DNA of 64,000 bases, taken from contig SVIE01000001.1 of NCBI GenBank assembly GCA_015069625.1, forward strand, positions 1,208 through 65,207. Direction: 5' to 3'. The position numbers and the translations under genes are program-made. Numbering within the stretch: the first letter of the stretch is position 1; each line of letters begins with the position of its first letter. A model generated the notes under the pieces. The model ran no database searches and was not told where the DNA came from. It saw only the letters and a program-made list of their open reading frames with translations. The stretch comes from Clostridiales bacterium (lineage in GTDB: Bacteria > Bacillota > Clostridia > Christensenellales > Borkfalkiaceae). Below, piece by piece: positions 37,794 through 48,632 of this stretch.

Positions 37794-38564
37794 ATGAGTG
37801 TATTTTTTGATTTAGAAGAATTTTATAATGCTTTTAATGGCGAAAAAGGCGTGCTTGAAGTAAGTGAAGAAGGTAGAAATATTTATTACTTCACGGTTGC
37901 AAAAACGGAATTCCCCGTAGTTATAGCGCAATACTCAATGCATGCACGAGAGTATATAACTACCTATTTGGCGTTAGAACAAATAAAGGCGTTTATAAAG
38001 TCAGGTAAACGGGGCACGGTATATTTTATTCCGATGATTAATCCTGATGGCGTTTATAGAGTGATAAACGGAGATAAACTATATAAGGCTAACGCTTTGG
38101 GGGTAGATTTAAACGTTAATTTTCCAGCCAAGTGGGGTAGCGGAAAATCTAACGTTCAAACACGTGGAAAACAAAACTATATAGGTGAATATCCGCTATC
38201 GGCAAAAGAAAGTAGAGTTCTTGCCGATTTTACGCTTAAAGTTAACCCGTCCGCCACAATAAGTTATCACTCAAAGGGTGAAGAAATTTACTGGTTCTTT
38301 AATCAAAGTAGTGAAGATAGAATAAGAGATAAGATTTTAGCGGACGAGATAAGTAAGTTAACGGGGTATGCGTTAAAGTTTACGCCTGATTCTGCGGGCG
38401 GGTATAAAGACTGGTGTATTGAAAGGCTGAAAATTCCTGCGCTAACGATTGAAGTGGGAGAAGATTATTTATCCCATCCGATAGATAAAAGATTTTTACC
38501 ACAAATATTAAAGAAAAATAAGTCGGTTATAACTGCCGTTACGGAGAGTAAAATATGGAACTAA
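37794..38564 (+). CDS. M14-family zinc carboxypeptidase (gamma-D-glutamyl-diamino-acid peptidase-like)
   Basis: MHAREYITT (HxxE zinc ligands), MINPDG, VDLNVNFP, YHSKGE. Confidence 0.75.
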   Translation: MSVFFDLEEFYNAFNGEKGVLEVSEEGRNIYYFTVAKTEFPVVIAQYSMHAREYITTYLALEQIKAFIKSGKRGTVYFIPMINPDGVYRVINGDKLYKANALGVDLNVNFPAKWGSGKSNVQTRGKQNYIGEYPLSAKESRVLADFTLKVNPSATISYHSKGEEIYWFFNQSSEDRIRDKILADEISKLTGYALKFTPDSAGGYKDWCIERLKIPALTIEVGEDYLSHPIDKRFLPQILKKNKSVITAVTESKIWN

Positions 38565-39016
38565 AATTTATGCGATTAGCGATAAAAGAAGCCGTTAAAG
38601 CAAAAGAGAAGGACGAAGTGCCGATAGGTGCCGTTTTGGTTTTGAATGGTAAAGTAATTGCTAAGGGGCATAATTTAATGGAAAAAACTCAACTTGCAAC
38701 GGCGCATGCGGAAATCAACGTTATTAATAAGGCGTGCAAAAAACTTAAAAGTTGGCGTCTTGACGATGCGGAACTTTACGTTACGATAGAACCTTGCTCA
38801 ATGTGCGCAGGTGCGATTGCAAACGCCCGCATAAAAAAAGTATATTTTGGTGCTTTTGAAAGAAAAAGCGGTTGCGCCAATAGTAAATTCCCGATACTAT
38901 CCGAAAGCGGACTAAATCACACGGTAGAATTTGAAGGTGGTATTTTGGAAAACGAGTGCGCAGAGATAATAAAAAATTATTTTAAAGCAAAGAGAAAGGG
39001 AAAAAGCCTTGACTAA
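38555..39016 (+). CDS. tadA: tRNA adenosine(34) deaminase
   Basis: EVPIGAVLV, HAEINVI, TIEPCSMCAGA. Confidence 0.9.
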   Translation: MELKFMRLAIKEAVKAKEKDEVPIGAVLVLNGKVIAKGHNLMEKTQLATAHAEINVINKACKKLKSWRLDDAELYVTIEPCSMCAGAIANARIKKVYFGAFERKSGCANSKFPILSESGLNHTVEFEGGILENECAEIIKNYFKAKRKGKSLD

Positions 39017-39084
39017 ATCTAAGATTTAGCGTAAAATAAAGTAGTACTTATATGTACATAAAGTTACATTAAGGAGAAAAACAA

Positions 39085-40038
39085 ATGATTGCACACGGAA
39101 ACTCTATTGAGATTTTGGCTGGAAATTCCAACAAAGCATTAGCAGACGCAATAGCAGCAGAACTTAAAACCGTTGTTTCTGATGCAGAAATCGGCAAATT
39201 TTCGGATGGAGAAATAAACGTTACTCTTCCGAATACCGTTCGTGGTAAGGACGTGTTTATCGTTCAATCCACTTCTGCGCCTGTAAACGATAATTTGATG
39301 GAACTTCTAATTATGATTGACGCTTGTAAAAGAGCATCAGCAGGTAGAATCACGGCCGTTATGCCATATTTTGGATATGCCCGTCAAGATAGAAAGGCTC
39401 GTCCAAGAGACCCGATTACCGCTAAACTTGTTGCGGATATGCTTACTAGCGCAGGTGCGGATAGGGTTTTAACTATCGACCTTCATGCAGCACAGATTCA
39501 AGGATTCTTTAATATCCCCGTTGACCACCTTTACGGTGCGCCCCTTCTTGCAAGATATTATAAAAACAAGATGGATGAAAATTGGGTAGTTGTTTCTCCC
39601 GACGTAGGTAGCGTTGGCAGAGCAAGAAACTTCGCATCACGTGTGAACGCAACCCTTGCTATCGTTGATAAGCGTCGTCCTAAGGCAAATGCGATAGAAA
39701 TTATGAACGTTATCGGTGACGTAAAAGGTAAAACCTGTTTAGTTGTTGACGATATGGTTGATACGGCAGGAACACTTTGTCAAGGTGCAGAAGCACTTAT
39801 TAAAAACGGAGCAAAAGAAGTTTACGCTTGTTGTACACACGGCGTACTTAGCGGACCTGCGATGGACAGACTTAACGCATCTCCCATCAAAGAACTTTTA
39901 GTGCTTGATACCATCAATATGCCCGAAGAAATTAGAAAAAACCCGAAGGTAAAGGTTATGTCGGTTGCAAAACTTATTGCAAAGGCAATCTACACCATTT
40001 ACTCTGATTCTTCGCTCTCGGCAATTTACGAAGACTAA
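39085..40038 (+). CDS. prs: Ribose-phosphate pyrophosphokinase
   Basis: YFGYARQDRK, DLHAAQIQGFF, VVDDMVDTAGT. Confidence 0.93.
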   Translation: MIAHGNSIEILAGNSNKALADAIAAELKTVVSDAEIGKFSDGEINVTLPNTVRGKDVFIVQSTSAPVNDNLMELLIMIDACKRASAGRITAVMPYFGYARQDRKARPRDPITAKLVADMLTSAGADRVLTIDLHAAQIQGFFNIPVDHLYGAPLLARYYKNKMDENWVVVSPDVGSVGRARNFASRVNATLAIVDKRRPKANAIEIMNVIGDVKGKTCLVVDDMVDTAGTLCQGAEALIKNGAKEVYACCTHGVLSGPAMDRLNASPIKELLVLDTINMPEEIRKNPKVKVMSVAKLIAKAIYTIYSDSSLSAIYED

Positions 40039-40043
40039 TTACT

Positions 40044-40076
40044 AAAGCCGTTGATTTTCAACGGCTTTTCTTTTTA
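40044..40076 (+). terminator. Intrinsic terminator after prs
   Basis: AGCCGTTGA-TTT-TCAACGGCT followed by a T-run. Confidence 0.75.
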
Positions 40077-40081
40077 ACGAT

Positions 40082-40657
40082 ATGAAAATTATAGCAGGGC
40101 TCGGAAATCCCGATGCAAAATATAAAAACACCTATCACAATCTCGGCTTTATGGCGGTTGAAAAGAGTGCTGAACTTTTCGGCGCTACTTTCTGCAAGGA
40201 AAAATTTCGTGCGCTAGTTGCCGAAACGACGGTTGATGGTGAAAAAATATTATTCTTAAAACCACTAACGTATATGAATTTAAGTGGTGAAAGTATAAGG
40301 GAAGCGGTAACCTTTTATAAGGTAGAACCGAAAGACCTTATTGTTATTTATGATGATTTCGATTTAGAAAAGGGTGCGCTTCGTATTCGTCCCAACGGTT
40401 CGGCTGGCACACATAACGGTATGCGAAATATCATTTCACTTTTGTCTACTGATAAATTTCCAAGAATACGTATAGGGTTCAAGCCGGAAGGCAATAACCG
40501 TATTCCGCTTATAGATTTAGTTCTGTCTGGTATTTCAGAAGAAGATAAACCGCTTTTTGAACAAGCAACAACAAGGGCGTCCAAAGCCGTTTATGAGTTT
40601 GTTAAAAGTGGGGATATAGAAGCCACAATGCGCAAATTTAATGGTAAGGCAAAGTAA
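40082..40657 (+). CDS. pth: Peptidyl-tRNA hydrolase
   Basis: IIAGLGNPDAKYKNTYHNLGF, MNLSGES, GSAGTHNGMRNI. Confidence 0.92.
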   Translation: MKIIAGLGNPDAKYKNTYHNLGFMAVEKSAELFGATFCKEKFRALVAETTVDGEKILFLKPLTYMNLSGESIREAVTFYKVEPKDLIVIYDDFDLEKGALRIRPNGSAGTHNGMRNIISLLSTDKFPRIRIGFKPEGNNRIPLIDLVLSGISEEDKPLFEQATTRASKAVYEFVKSGDIEATMRKFNGKAK

Positions 40658-40672
40658 TTAACTTAGTCAACT

Positions 40673-43600
40673 ATGTTACTCGATATATTAAAATTAAATC
40701 AAAAATCGGAATCTTTGAAAAGTTTCCTTGAAAACATCCGCCAAGGCGTGCCTATGGCGGTTTTTGGCATTGAATCCGCATATAAAAATTTTCTTGTCGC
40801 TTCGGTAGATAAGCCTGTTTTATACGTGGTTAAAGACCGTTTAACAGCGGAAAGCGCATGCATGATGATAAAGCAATTTTCAAACAAAAAAGCGTTCGTT
40901 CTTCCTGCAAAGGACGAAGTGCTTTTATCTGCGATTGCATTTTCCAAAGATAACGTAAACGCCAGAATTTCCGTCTTATCAAAGATTAGGGAAGCAGACG
41001 TAGTTATCGTAACGGCAGAAGGAATAATTCAATCTTTTCCACTTGGTGTAAAAGCGGTGATGCTAAAAAAGGGAGAAGAATATTCTTTTAAGGAATTTAT
41101 AAAAAGTCTGGTTTCGATAGGGTACGTGCGTGAAGAAACGGCAGAATCAAAAGGAACTTTTAGCGTGCGTGGGGATATAATCGACGTTTATCCTGTTGAT
41201 TTTGAAAATCCCGTTAGGTTAGATTTTTTTGGCGACAATTTGGAAAGTATTAAAATTATTGACGCTGAAAGCAGAAAAGTGCTTGAAAAACGTGATGATA
41301 TAGTTATTTTGCAAGCGGTTGAAACGGTATTTAGTCAAGCGGATTTTGAAGTTATAAAAAAGCAAATGCAAAAGGAAGTTGACGGTGCTGTTGGTGGTAG
41401 AAGATTAAAACTAATAACACTACAACAAGACACGTTAACGGCAATAGAGCATCAAAATCACGGAGTATTATCAGCGTTTTCGCATCTTGTAGGAAAAGCG
41501 TGCAATATCGGTGGGCTTTTAAGACCTGACACCGTGATTATGATAGACGAAGGCAAGATGGTTTACGAAACGGCAAATCTCGCTCAAACGGAATTTATCG
41601 AACGCTATCGCTCGCTTGCTGAAAGTGGGGACGTGTTTGCTTGCGTTTCCGACGCTATAACCCCGATTGATAGGGTTAAGGAAATATTTTTTAATTTTCA
41701 ACAAGTGTCTTTGCAATCGCTATCGGGGGATAATCGTTTTTTCAGTCCGATTAAAATTATTAATCCAGACGTAAGCGGTGTTGCCGAATATCGATTCGCA
41801 AAAGAAGAAGCGTTCAACGATATACGTACGTGGCTTAAAAACGGTTACTCTATTATAGTAACGGCAGGAAATAAGAAGAACGCAGACGTATTTGGGTGCG
41901 ATTTATATGAAAAAAATATCCCTTATACAATGCGTACGGATAGAAGTGAAAGGGGTTTAGTGTTACTTGAAAGCGAACTAGATAAAGGGTTTGTTTCACA
42001 TGACGGAAAAACTGTTATAATCGGAAGTGGAAATTTATTTCCTAAATCCACGGCGGATAAAAGGATAAAAGTAAAAAGCGGAGCCTTTTTTACAGCACCC
42101 GAAGCGGGGGATTATTGCGTTCACGAAATACACGGGATAGGCCGTGTTATAGGTAACCGTAAAATTTCTTCAACCGAAAGCACGAAGGAATACGTTGCAG
42201 TAGAATATGCAGGTAAAGATATTCTATACGTGCCCGTTGAACAATTAGATATACTCACGAGATATTTGGGAGCGGAAAAAGCACCTAAACTCAGTAAACT
42301 TGGCGGTGCGGATTTTGCCCGTGTTAAAAAGGGTGTTATAGAAAGCATTAAAAAGATGTCTTTCGACTTAAAAGAACTCTATAAAAAACGTAATGCCGTC
42401 AAGGGTTTTGCATTTCAAGAAGATGAAGAAATGCAGGCACTTTTTGACGGAGCGTTTAAGTATGAAGATACGCCTGATCAAAGTAGAACGGCATTAGAAA
42501 TTAGAAAGGATATGAACTCCGAAAGGGTTATGGATAGACTCGTCTGCGGAGACGTTGGGTTTGGGAAAACGGAAATGGCCTTCCGTGCCGTTTTCCGTGC
42601 AATACTTAATGGTAAGCAAGTGGCTATGCTTGCACCTACAACCATCTTAACCGAACAACATTTCAACACGGCAAAAGATAGGTTTAAGGACTTCCCGATA
42701 AGGATAGAGTGCCTTAACCGATTTAGAACGAAGGCGCAACAAGATAAAATCGTAGATGATTTGAAAGACGGTAAAATTGATTTAGTTATCGGCACGCATA
42801 GGTTACTTAGCAAAGATATCGGCTTTAAGAATTTAGGACTGTTGGTGCTTGATGAAGAACAACGTTTCGGGGTAGAACATAAAGAAAAAATTAAACTTCT
42901 TAAAAACAACGTGGATACGCTAACGTTAACCGCCACCCCTATTCCAAGAACGCTACATATGTCGCTTTCGGGGATTAGGGAGATAAGCACTATCAATACG
43001 CCACCAAAGAAACGTTTGCCCGTTCAAGTGTACGTTACAGAAGAAACGGAAACGCTTATTCGTGATGCGGTGATGAGAGAAGTTAATCGTGGTGGGCAAG
43101 CGTTTATTCTCTATAACAGAGTGGAAACGATATTCCAGTTTGCAAAGAGAATAGAAGAGATATTACCAAACGTGAAATCAACCGTCGTTCACGGGCAGAT
43201 GGACGAGCGTGCTATTGAAAAGAATATAATCGACTTCTATTCGGGTAAAAGTCAACTTTTAATCACCACCACCATAATTGAAAACGGAATAGACCTTCCA
43301 AAAGCAAACACGATTATCGTTATAGACGCAGATAAACTTGGGCTTTCTACCCTTTATCAATTAAAAGGTAGAGTTGGAAGGAGCGACCGTTTAGCGTATG
43401 CTTATTTTACCTATAAGCGTGATAAGGTGCTAACTTCCGACGCTTATAGTAGGCTTTCTGCAATAATAGAGTTTACCGAAATGGGAAGCGGAATAAAGAT
43501 AGCCATGCGTGATTTAGAAATAAGGGGAGCAGGCAACGTGCTTGGTGCAGAACAGCACGGGCATATGGATAAGATAGGCTATGAACTTTATTCGAAACTT

Positions 43601-44089
43601 CTAAAAGAAGAACTGACGGGCGAAAGGGAAAGGACGGTGGAACTTGACGTGATGGTTGATGCCTTTATTCCCGATAAGTATATTGCAAGAAGTTCTTCAA
43701 GAATGGAAACGTATAAGCGAATTGCAGAAATAAGAACGCTCAAAGACGCAAGAGAAATAAGGGAAGACTTAATAGAAACGTATGGAGAAATTCCAACGGA
43801 AACGCAAATGCTTATCGTTATTGCGCTTGTTAAAAGATACGCATCTGAAATCGGTGTTGAAGAAATCGTCTTAAATAAAAATTTCGTGGCAATGGTGTTT
43901 GAAGATATAAAAGCCTTTTCTAACGAAAGTTTACAAAAGGCGATGGATTATTCAGGGGTGGATACTAGAATAATCGTTAGCGGTAAACCGACGCTTGAAT
44001 TTATAAGAGAGCGTGAAAGCAACGATAAGATGCTTATGAAAATGTTAGAATTTTTAATATTTGTGCGTAAATCTGGTAAAAAGCAATAA
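40673..44089 (+). CDS. mfd: Transcription-repair coupling factor
   Basis: CarD-like HEIHGIG, helicase GDVGFGKTE, DEEQRFG, TATPIPRT, QLKGRVGRS, and a TRCF C-terminal domain. Confidence 0.93.
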   Translation: MLLDILKLNQKSESLKSFLENIRQGVPMAVFGIESAYKNFLVASVDKPVLYVVKDRLTAESACMMIKQFSNKKAFVLPAKDEVLLSAIAFSKDNVNARISVLSKIREADVVIVTAEGIIQSFPLGVKAVMLKKGEEYSFKEFIKSLVSIGYVREETAESKGTFSVRGDIIDVYPVDFENPVRLDFFGDNLESIKIIDAESRKVLEKRDDIVILQAVETVFSQADFEVIKKQMQKEVDGAVGGRRLKLITLQQDTLTAIEHQNHGVLSAFSHLVGKACNIGGLLRPDTVIMIDEGKMVYETANLAQTEFIERYRSLAESGDVFACVSDAITPIDRVKEIFFNFQQVSLQSLSGDNRFFSPIKIINPDVSGVAEYRFAKEEAFNDIRTWLKNGYSIIVTAGNKKNADVFGCDLYEKNIPYTMRTDRSERGLVLLESELDKGFVSHDGKTVIIGSGNLFPKSTADKRIKVKSGAFFTAPEAGDYCVHEIHGIGRVIGNRKISSTESTKEYVAVEYAGKDILYVPVEQLDILTRYLGAEKAPKLSKLGGADFARVKKGVIESIKKMSFDLKELYKKRNAVKGFAFQEDEEMQALFDGAFKYEDTPDQSRTALEIRKDMNSERVMDRLVCGDVGFGKTEMAFRAVFRAILNGKQVAMLAPTTILTEQHFNTAKDRFKDFPIRIECLNRFRTKAQQDKIVDDLKDGKIDLVIGTHRLLSKDIGFKNLGLLVLDEEQRFGVEHKEKIKLLKNNVDTLTLTATPIPRTLHMSLSGIREISTINTPPKKRLPVQVYVTEETETLIRDAVMREVNRGGQAFILYNRVETIFQFAKRIEEILPNVKSTVVHGQMDERAIEKNIIDFYSGKSQLLITTTIIENGIDLPKANTIIVIDADKLGLSTLYQLKGRVGRSDRLAYAYFTYKRDKVLTSDAYSRLSAIIEFTEMGSGIKIAMRDLEIRGAGNVLGAEQHGHMDKIGYELYSKLLKEELTGERERTVELDVMVDAFIPDKYIARSSSRMETYKRIAEIRTLKDAREIREDLIETYGEIPTETQMLIVIALVKRYASEIGVEEIVLNKNFVAMVFEDIKAFSNESLQKAMDYSGVDTRIIVSGKPTLEFIRERESNDKMLMKMLEFLIFVRKSGKKQ

Positions 44090-44213
44090 AAATATAAAAA
44101 TAGGCAAATAAGCAACTAATAAAATTATAAAAAAACAATTGCATTTTTCGTTAATATAGTATATACTTTATAAAGTATATTTGAAATTATTCTTTTTAGT
44201 TGGGAGAAGATAT

Positions 44214-46091
44214 ATGAAAAAAAGACTATTTGCAATATTTGCGGTGATTATGTCGTTCGTGCTCGGGCTTTCCGTGTTCAGCGGTTGTAATCTCATTACA
44301 TCTGATAGCGAAAAGGACTTAAAGCAGGTTATTGCAGAAATTAATATCGGTAACGACGGACAACAAACGGAAGAAATCTTAAAAAGAGATCTCGTTATGT
44401 CCTACTTGAACTATGGTTACGAACTTGTTTATAACAACAATTACACCGTTTCACAAGCGTTTGGATATCTTATGGACGTGCTTGTTGAAGGAAGAATTAG
44501 AGCACAGTACGTTATGAAATACTGTGAAGAAAATAATCTTATCACCGATTCTTCAAAAGCGCAATGGGATTTAGAAAGATATTTAACCGAAGATGAAATT
44601 ATTGATGCTAAATATAATGCAATCAAGGCGGTTAACGATTTAATTGACGGTTATGAAACTCCCGAAGACCCACTTTATTCAGATACTTCGGCAACTACGG
44701 CAAGAGATATTCCTACCGGTGCAACCAACGTTGAAAAGAAATTAACTAAGGCTGAAAAGCAAGCGTATATTCAAGCAGGTATCATCAAAGGCGAAATCGG
44801 TTCTGATAGAAGAGAAGCTTATAACGATGCACTTAAAGTTTTACAAGATAACTGGTTGCTTGGCGATTCGTTCGCAAACGACGATTTAACTACTAGCGAT
44901 TACTATAAGAACAACATTGAATCAGAATACGAAAAAATTCTTATAAATAATTACAGCAACATCATTTCAGGTAAGGCTCGCAGACAAATTACTTTTGACG
45001 TGCTTGGCGCAAAATATACTGAAATGTACAATGCTCAAAAGGCGAAGTTCACAAGCGCAAGCGAATTCAAAACTGCGCTTGACGGGGCAACGAAGGATAG
45101 CCCGATAGTTTATGCTCCTTACGGCGGATTTGGTTACGTTTATAACCTTTTAATCGGTGTAACCGACGATCAAGCAGCAGAAATTGCAGAACTTGATAAA
45201 GATAATAAACTTGCTTACTCAACTGAAAGACGTAAAATTTTACAAACAACCGTAGCAACTGATTTACGTTCAACTTGGATTACAAGTGGTTATGATTTCG
45301 ATACGACAAATAAGAAATTCACAGGCGACTACACGTTAGTTGATAGCGATATAAGTTATCCTTTCCAAGGCGATTTCACCGTGCTTAGAGAAAAGACTGA
45401 TGAAAAGGCTGGCGAATACAGAATTGATTCTGTAAGAGAATTTGGGCTTGATGAATTTATTGCAGAAATTGAAAACTATATTTATGGTCAAAAAGTTGGT
45501 GCAGTAGTTAATGATGCAAATAATCCTGCCGTTTACTATAAGGCGGACGTAAACGATAGACCTGCAGATTACGAAGATAAAATCAACGAACTCATGTTTG
45601 CCTTCTCAACCGACCCAGGTTCACTTAACACGTATAAAGGATACGTTGTTGCTCCTACCCCCGACCTTGACGGAACGGAAACTTACATGAAGGAATTTGC
45701 CGTTGCAGGTAGAGAACTTTTCGGTATGGGCAAAGCAAGCTTTGTGGTTGCTGCAACCGATTACGGTTATCACTTTATGTTCTATTCTGAAATCGTTGAC
45801 GAAGTAAATTACCCAACGCTTACCGCATACCTTAATTCACTTTCAAAACTCAACGAAACGGAAGAATACTGGGAAGAAAGATATAACGAAATTATGAGCA
45901 AATGGGATGATGAAGAGTTTGTTGACGGCTTAACCGGTGGTGATGAATTCTTATATAACTTCATTACCAAGTGTGCAAACACCAACACGGCGTTAAGTAA
46001 AGATTATGACGCAATCATCTCTGCTTATAAGAATAACGAAGAATACGTTAAACTTTATAAGAACAGATATTCTGATTTAGCAGGAAATTAA
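44214..46091 (+). CDS. Secreted lipoprotein, PrsA/SurA-like foldase candidate with a degenerate parvulin-like C-terminal region
   Basis: Lipobox VFSGC; the start is moved to ATG 44214 after GGGAGAAG. ATDYGYHFMFYS resembles the parvulin GYHII segment. Position downstream of mfd is as in many Firmicutes. Confidence 0.45.
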   Translation: MKKRLFAIFAVIMSFVLGLSVFSGCNLITSDSEKDLKQVIAEINIGNDGQQTEEILKRDLVMSYLNYGYELVYNNNYTVSQAFGYLMDVLVEGRIRAQYVMKYCEENNLITDSSKAQWDLERYLTEDEIIDAKYNAIKAVNDLIDGYETPEDPLYSDTSATTARDIPTGATNVEKKLTKAEKQAYIQAGIIKGEIGSDRREAYNDALKVLQDNWLLGDSFANDDLTTSDYYKNNIESEYEKILINNYSNIISGKARRQITFDVLGAKYTEMYNAQKAKFTSASEFKTALDGATKDSPIVYAPYGGFGYVYNLLIGVTDDQAAEIAELDKDNKLAYSTERRKILQTTVATDLRSTWITSGYDFDTTNKKFTGDYTLVDSDISYPFQGDFTVLREKTDEKAGEYRIDSVREFGLDEFIAEIENYIYGQKVGAVVNDANNPAVYYKADVNDRPADYEDKINELMFAFSTDPGSLNTYKGYVVAPTPDLDGTETYMKEFAVAGRELFGMGKASFVVAATDYGYHFMFYSEIVDEVNYPTLTAYLNSLSKLNETEEYWEERYNEIMSKWDDEEFVDGLTGGDEFLYNFITKCANTNTALSKDYDAIISAYKNNEEYVKLYKNRYSDLAGN

Positions 46092-46239
46092 CAAAAAACC
46101 TGAAAGGGCAAAACGGAAAGTTTTGTCCTTTTAATTAGTTATTAGTTTTGGCTTTGGTTTAACTCAATTAATTATTGGTTCACTTACCGCCTTGGCTTGT
46201 TAATTAATTTAACTATTTTCATTATACTTTAACTTACAC

Positions 46240-46830
46240 ATGATTATTTATTTTGATACGGAAACAACAGGGTTAAGACCGGGGAATATTTGCCAACTTT
46301 CTTATATCATGCAAGATAAAAGTGGGGCTATTGGTAAAAACTTTTTCTTTCAAGTTGATTATATGCCCAAGGAAGTAGAGGCAATTCACGGACTTTCGGT
46401 AGAAAAACTTAAAGTTTTATCTGGTGGCAAGACTATTAAAGATTGCATTTTAGAAATTGAAAAAGACTTTTCAAACGCTTCTTTAATTTGTGCGCATAAC
46501 GTTCAGTTTGACTTAATGTTTATGATGGCGGAATTTGAAAATTGCGGAAGGCATTTTAAGTATAATGAAAGTTTTTGTTCTATGAAACGTTTTACGCCTA
46601 TCTGTAAACTTCCAAGAAACAAAGGTGAAGGCTATAAATATCCACGCCTTAACGAATTGTGTGCGTTTTTAGGGATAAGAGAAGAAGATATAAATAACGC
46701 TTCTAATGACCTATTTAACGGCTCAACGGGTTTTCATGATGCACGTTTTGATACGGTGGCGGTTTATCTTGCTATCAACAAGGTTATTAGCCGTGGCGCA
46801 GATATTTGGGGGCTAGAAAAGTATTTATGA
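46240..46830 (+). CDS. DEDDh-type 3'-5' exonuclease (DnaQ/epsilon-like)
   Basis: Exo I YFDTETTGL, Exo II AHNVQFDLMFM, Exo III HDARFD. Confidence 0.85.
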   Translation: MIIYFDTETTGLRPGNICQLSYIMQDKSGAIGKNFFFQVDYMPKEVEAIHGLSVEKLKVLSGGKTIKDCILEIEKDFSNASLICAHNVQFDLMFMMAEFENCGRHFKYNESFCSMKRFTPICKLPRNKGEGYKYPRLNELCAFLGIREEDINNASNDLFNGSTGFHDARFDTVAVYLAINKVISRGADIWGLEKYL

Positions 46831-47540
46831 TAAAACTTGAAACGCATTGTCATTTGAAAGGTGGAAGCGGGTGTGCTCATGCTCCGATAGACGTTGGTAT
46901 AAACGAATATAAGCGGGACGGGTATGACGGGGTGGTGCTAACAAATCATATTCATCCTTTATTCTATAATAGGGATTACCCAGGGAATACGCATAAAGAA
47001 AAGATGGATTACTGGTTTTCACTTGCGGATAAGTTCATAGAACTTGGCAGGAAGGCGGGGATAAAGACGTTTATCGGCGCAGAAATCTATGCAAGACTAG
47101 AAGACGGTAGATACACCGAGTTCATGATTTACGGGTTTGATAGAAAGTTTTTATACGACAATAAACCGCTATTTGAATTAACCCAAAAAGAACTTTTCGC
47201 ACTTGCAGAAAAGAATCGTCTATTTATGTATCAAACGCACCCGTGTAGAGAGTTTGTAATAACAAGCGCTCCGAAATATTTGCACGGTGCAGAAAAATTC
47301 AACGGGCATATATTACATAAGAATAATAACGAGCAGGCTATAAAGTTTTGCACGGAAAATAATCTTAAATGTATGTCTGGGACAGACTATCATGATGAAG
47401 GGCAAACGATTATCGGTGGTATCTATATTCCCGATAATATCAATGATGAATTTGCACTTGCCGATTATTTACTAAACAATCAACCTAAAATTATAGAAGA
47501 GGAAGAAAGGTACCGTAAGTTTTACAAGGGTACTCTTTAA
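46827..47540 (+). CDS. PHP-domain metal-dependent phosphoesterase
   Basis: ETHCHLKGGSGCAH, VLTNH, TGTDYHDEG. ATGA overlap with the exonuclease gene. Confidence 0.7.
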   Translation: MIKLETHCHLKGGSGCAHAPIDVGINEYKRDGYDGVVLTNHIHPLFYNRDYPGNTHKEKMDYWFSLADKFIELGRKAGIKTFIGAEIYARLEDGRYTEFMIYGFDRKFLYDNKPLFELTQKELFALAEKNRLFMYQTHPCREFVITSAPKYLHGAEKFNGHILHKNNNEQAIKFCTENNLKCMSGTDYHDEGQTIIGGIYIPDNINDEFALADYLLNNQPKIIEEEERYRKFYKGTL

Positions 47541-47547
47541 GGAAATT

Positions 47548-48549
47548 ATGGAAATAAGTTTTTTGAACGTCTTAATAACTGTTTTTGCGCTTGTGCTTTT
47601 GGCTGTGCCAGGGTTTGTGCTTGTTAAAACTAAAATACTATCACCAAAAGCGGATGCTCCGATTTCAGCGTTAGTGCTTTACGGTTGCCAGCCCGTTATG
47701 GTGTTTATGAGTTTTCAAAAGACGGCGTTTACGCCTGAAATTGCAATGAATATGCTTATCGTTGCAGGGCTTGCTTTTGCCGTTCAACTTGTAATGGTTG
47801 GCTTGATGTATTTGATAATAAGGAATAAAAGTAACGACGCAAAACTTAACTGCGTGCGTTTTGCAAGCGTGTTTTCTAACTGTGGATACATGGGGCTTCC
47901 TTTCTTGCAAGCACTTTTTTCTGGCGGTGCGTTCATGGGTGAAATCGTTATCTACGGTGGAATCGTTATAGCAACGTTTAACATTTTGATGTGGTCGATA
48001 GGTATCTATATGATAACGGGAGATAAAAAGCAGATGTCTATTAAAAAGGCTGTGCTTAACCCTACCGTTATAGGACTAATCCTTGGGATAGTAGTATTTC
48101 TTGCCGTTCAAACTCCGCTTATTAACCTTGTTCAAGAAGGAACGACTGAATACTTGCTTGTAAGTAAAATCGTTCAAAGTTTGAACTTCGTTTCAGACAC
48201 GGTAACTCCGCTTTCAATGATAGTTGTTGGTATTAAACTTGCAGGGGTGAACTTAAAAGAGTTATTCCTTGATAAATGGTCGTACGTTGCGTGCGGGTGC
48301 AAACTCGTGTTAATGTCGCTTATAGCAATGCTTATAGTAGCGTTCTTGCCGATTAGTGTTGTTGCAAAGTATGCCGTTTTCTTCTGTTTATCAATGCCAA
48401 GCGCAACGGGAACGGTTATGTTTGCGGTAAATTTTGGCGGTGATGGAAAGTCGGCATCTGTAATAGTACTTTTAACCACGGTTTTATCAATAATCACCAT
48501 ACCGCTTATGTATTTGATGTTTAGCGGTGTGTTTGGAGTTGTAATATAA
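47548..48549 (+). CDS. AEC-family (auxin efflux carrier) transporter
   Basis: About 10 TM helices and the central NCGYMGLP motif. Confidence 0.75.
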   Translation: MEISFLNVLITVFALVLLAVPGFVLVKTKILSPKADAPISALVLYGCQPVMVFMSFQKTAFTPEIAMNMLIVAGLAFAVQLVMVGLMYLIIRNKSNDAKLNCVRFASVFSNCGYMGLPFLQALFSGGAFMGEIVIYGGIVIATFNILMWSIGIYMITGDKKQMSIKKAVLNPTVIGLILGIVVFLAVQTPLINLVQEGTTEYLLVSKIVQSLNFVSDTVTPLSMIVVGIKLAGVNLKELFLDKWSYVACGCKLVLMSLIAMLIVAFLPISVVAKYAVFFCLSMPSATGTVMFAVNFGGDGKSASVIVLLTTVLSIITIPLMYLMFSGVFGVVI

Positions 48550-48632
48550 AAGTTTTAAAAAATTTTGAAAAGGGCGTAAAAACGCTTGTAAATTTTTTGT
48601 TGATTTGTTACAATACAATAGCAAATCGACAT

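Noticed and set aside
46175-46200. ACCGCCTTGGC resembling the ZTP riboswitch 3' element (CCGCCTGGGC)
   Set aside because: There is no matching 5' sub-domain upstream, and the downstream gene is an exonuclease rather than a purine/folate gene. The single short near-match is probably chance.
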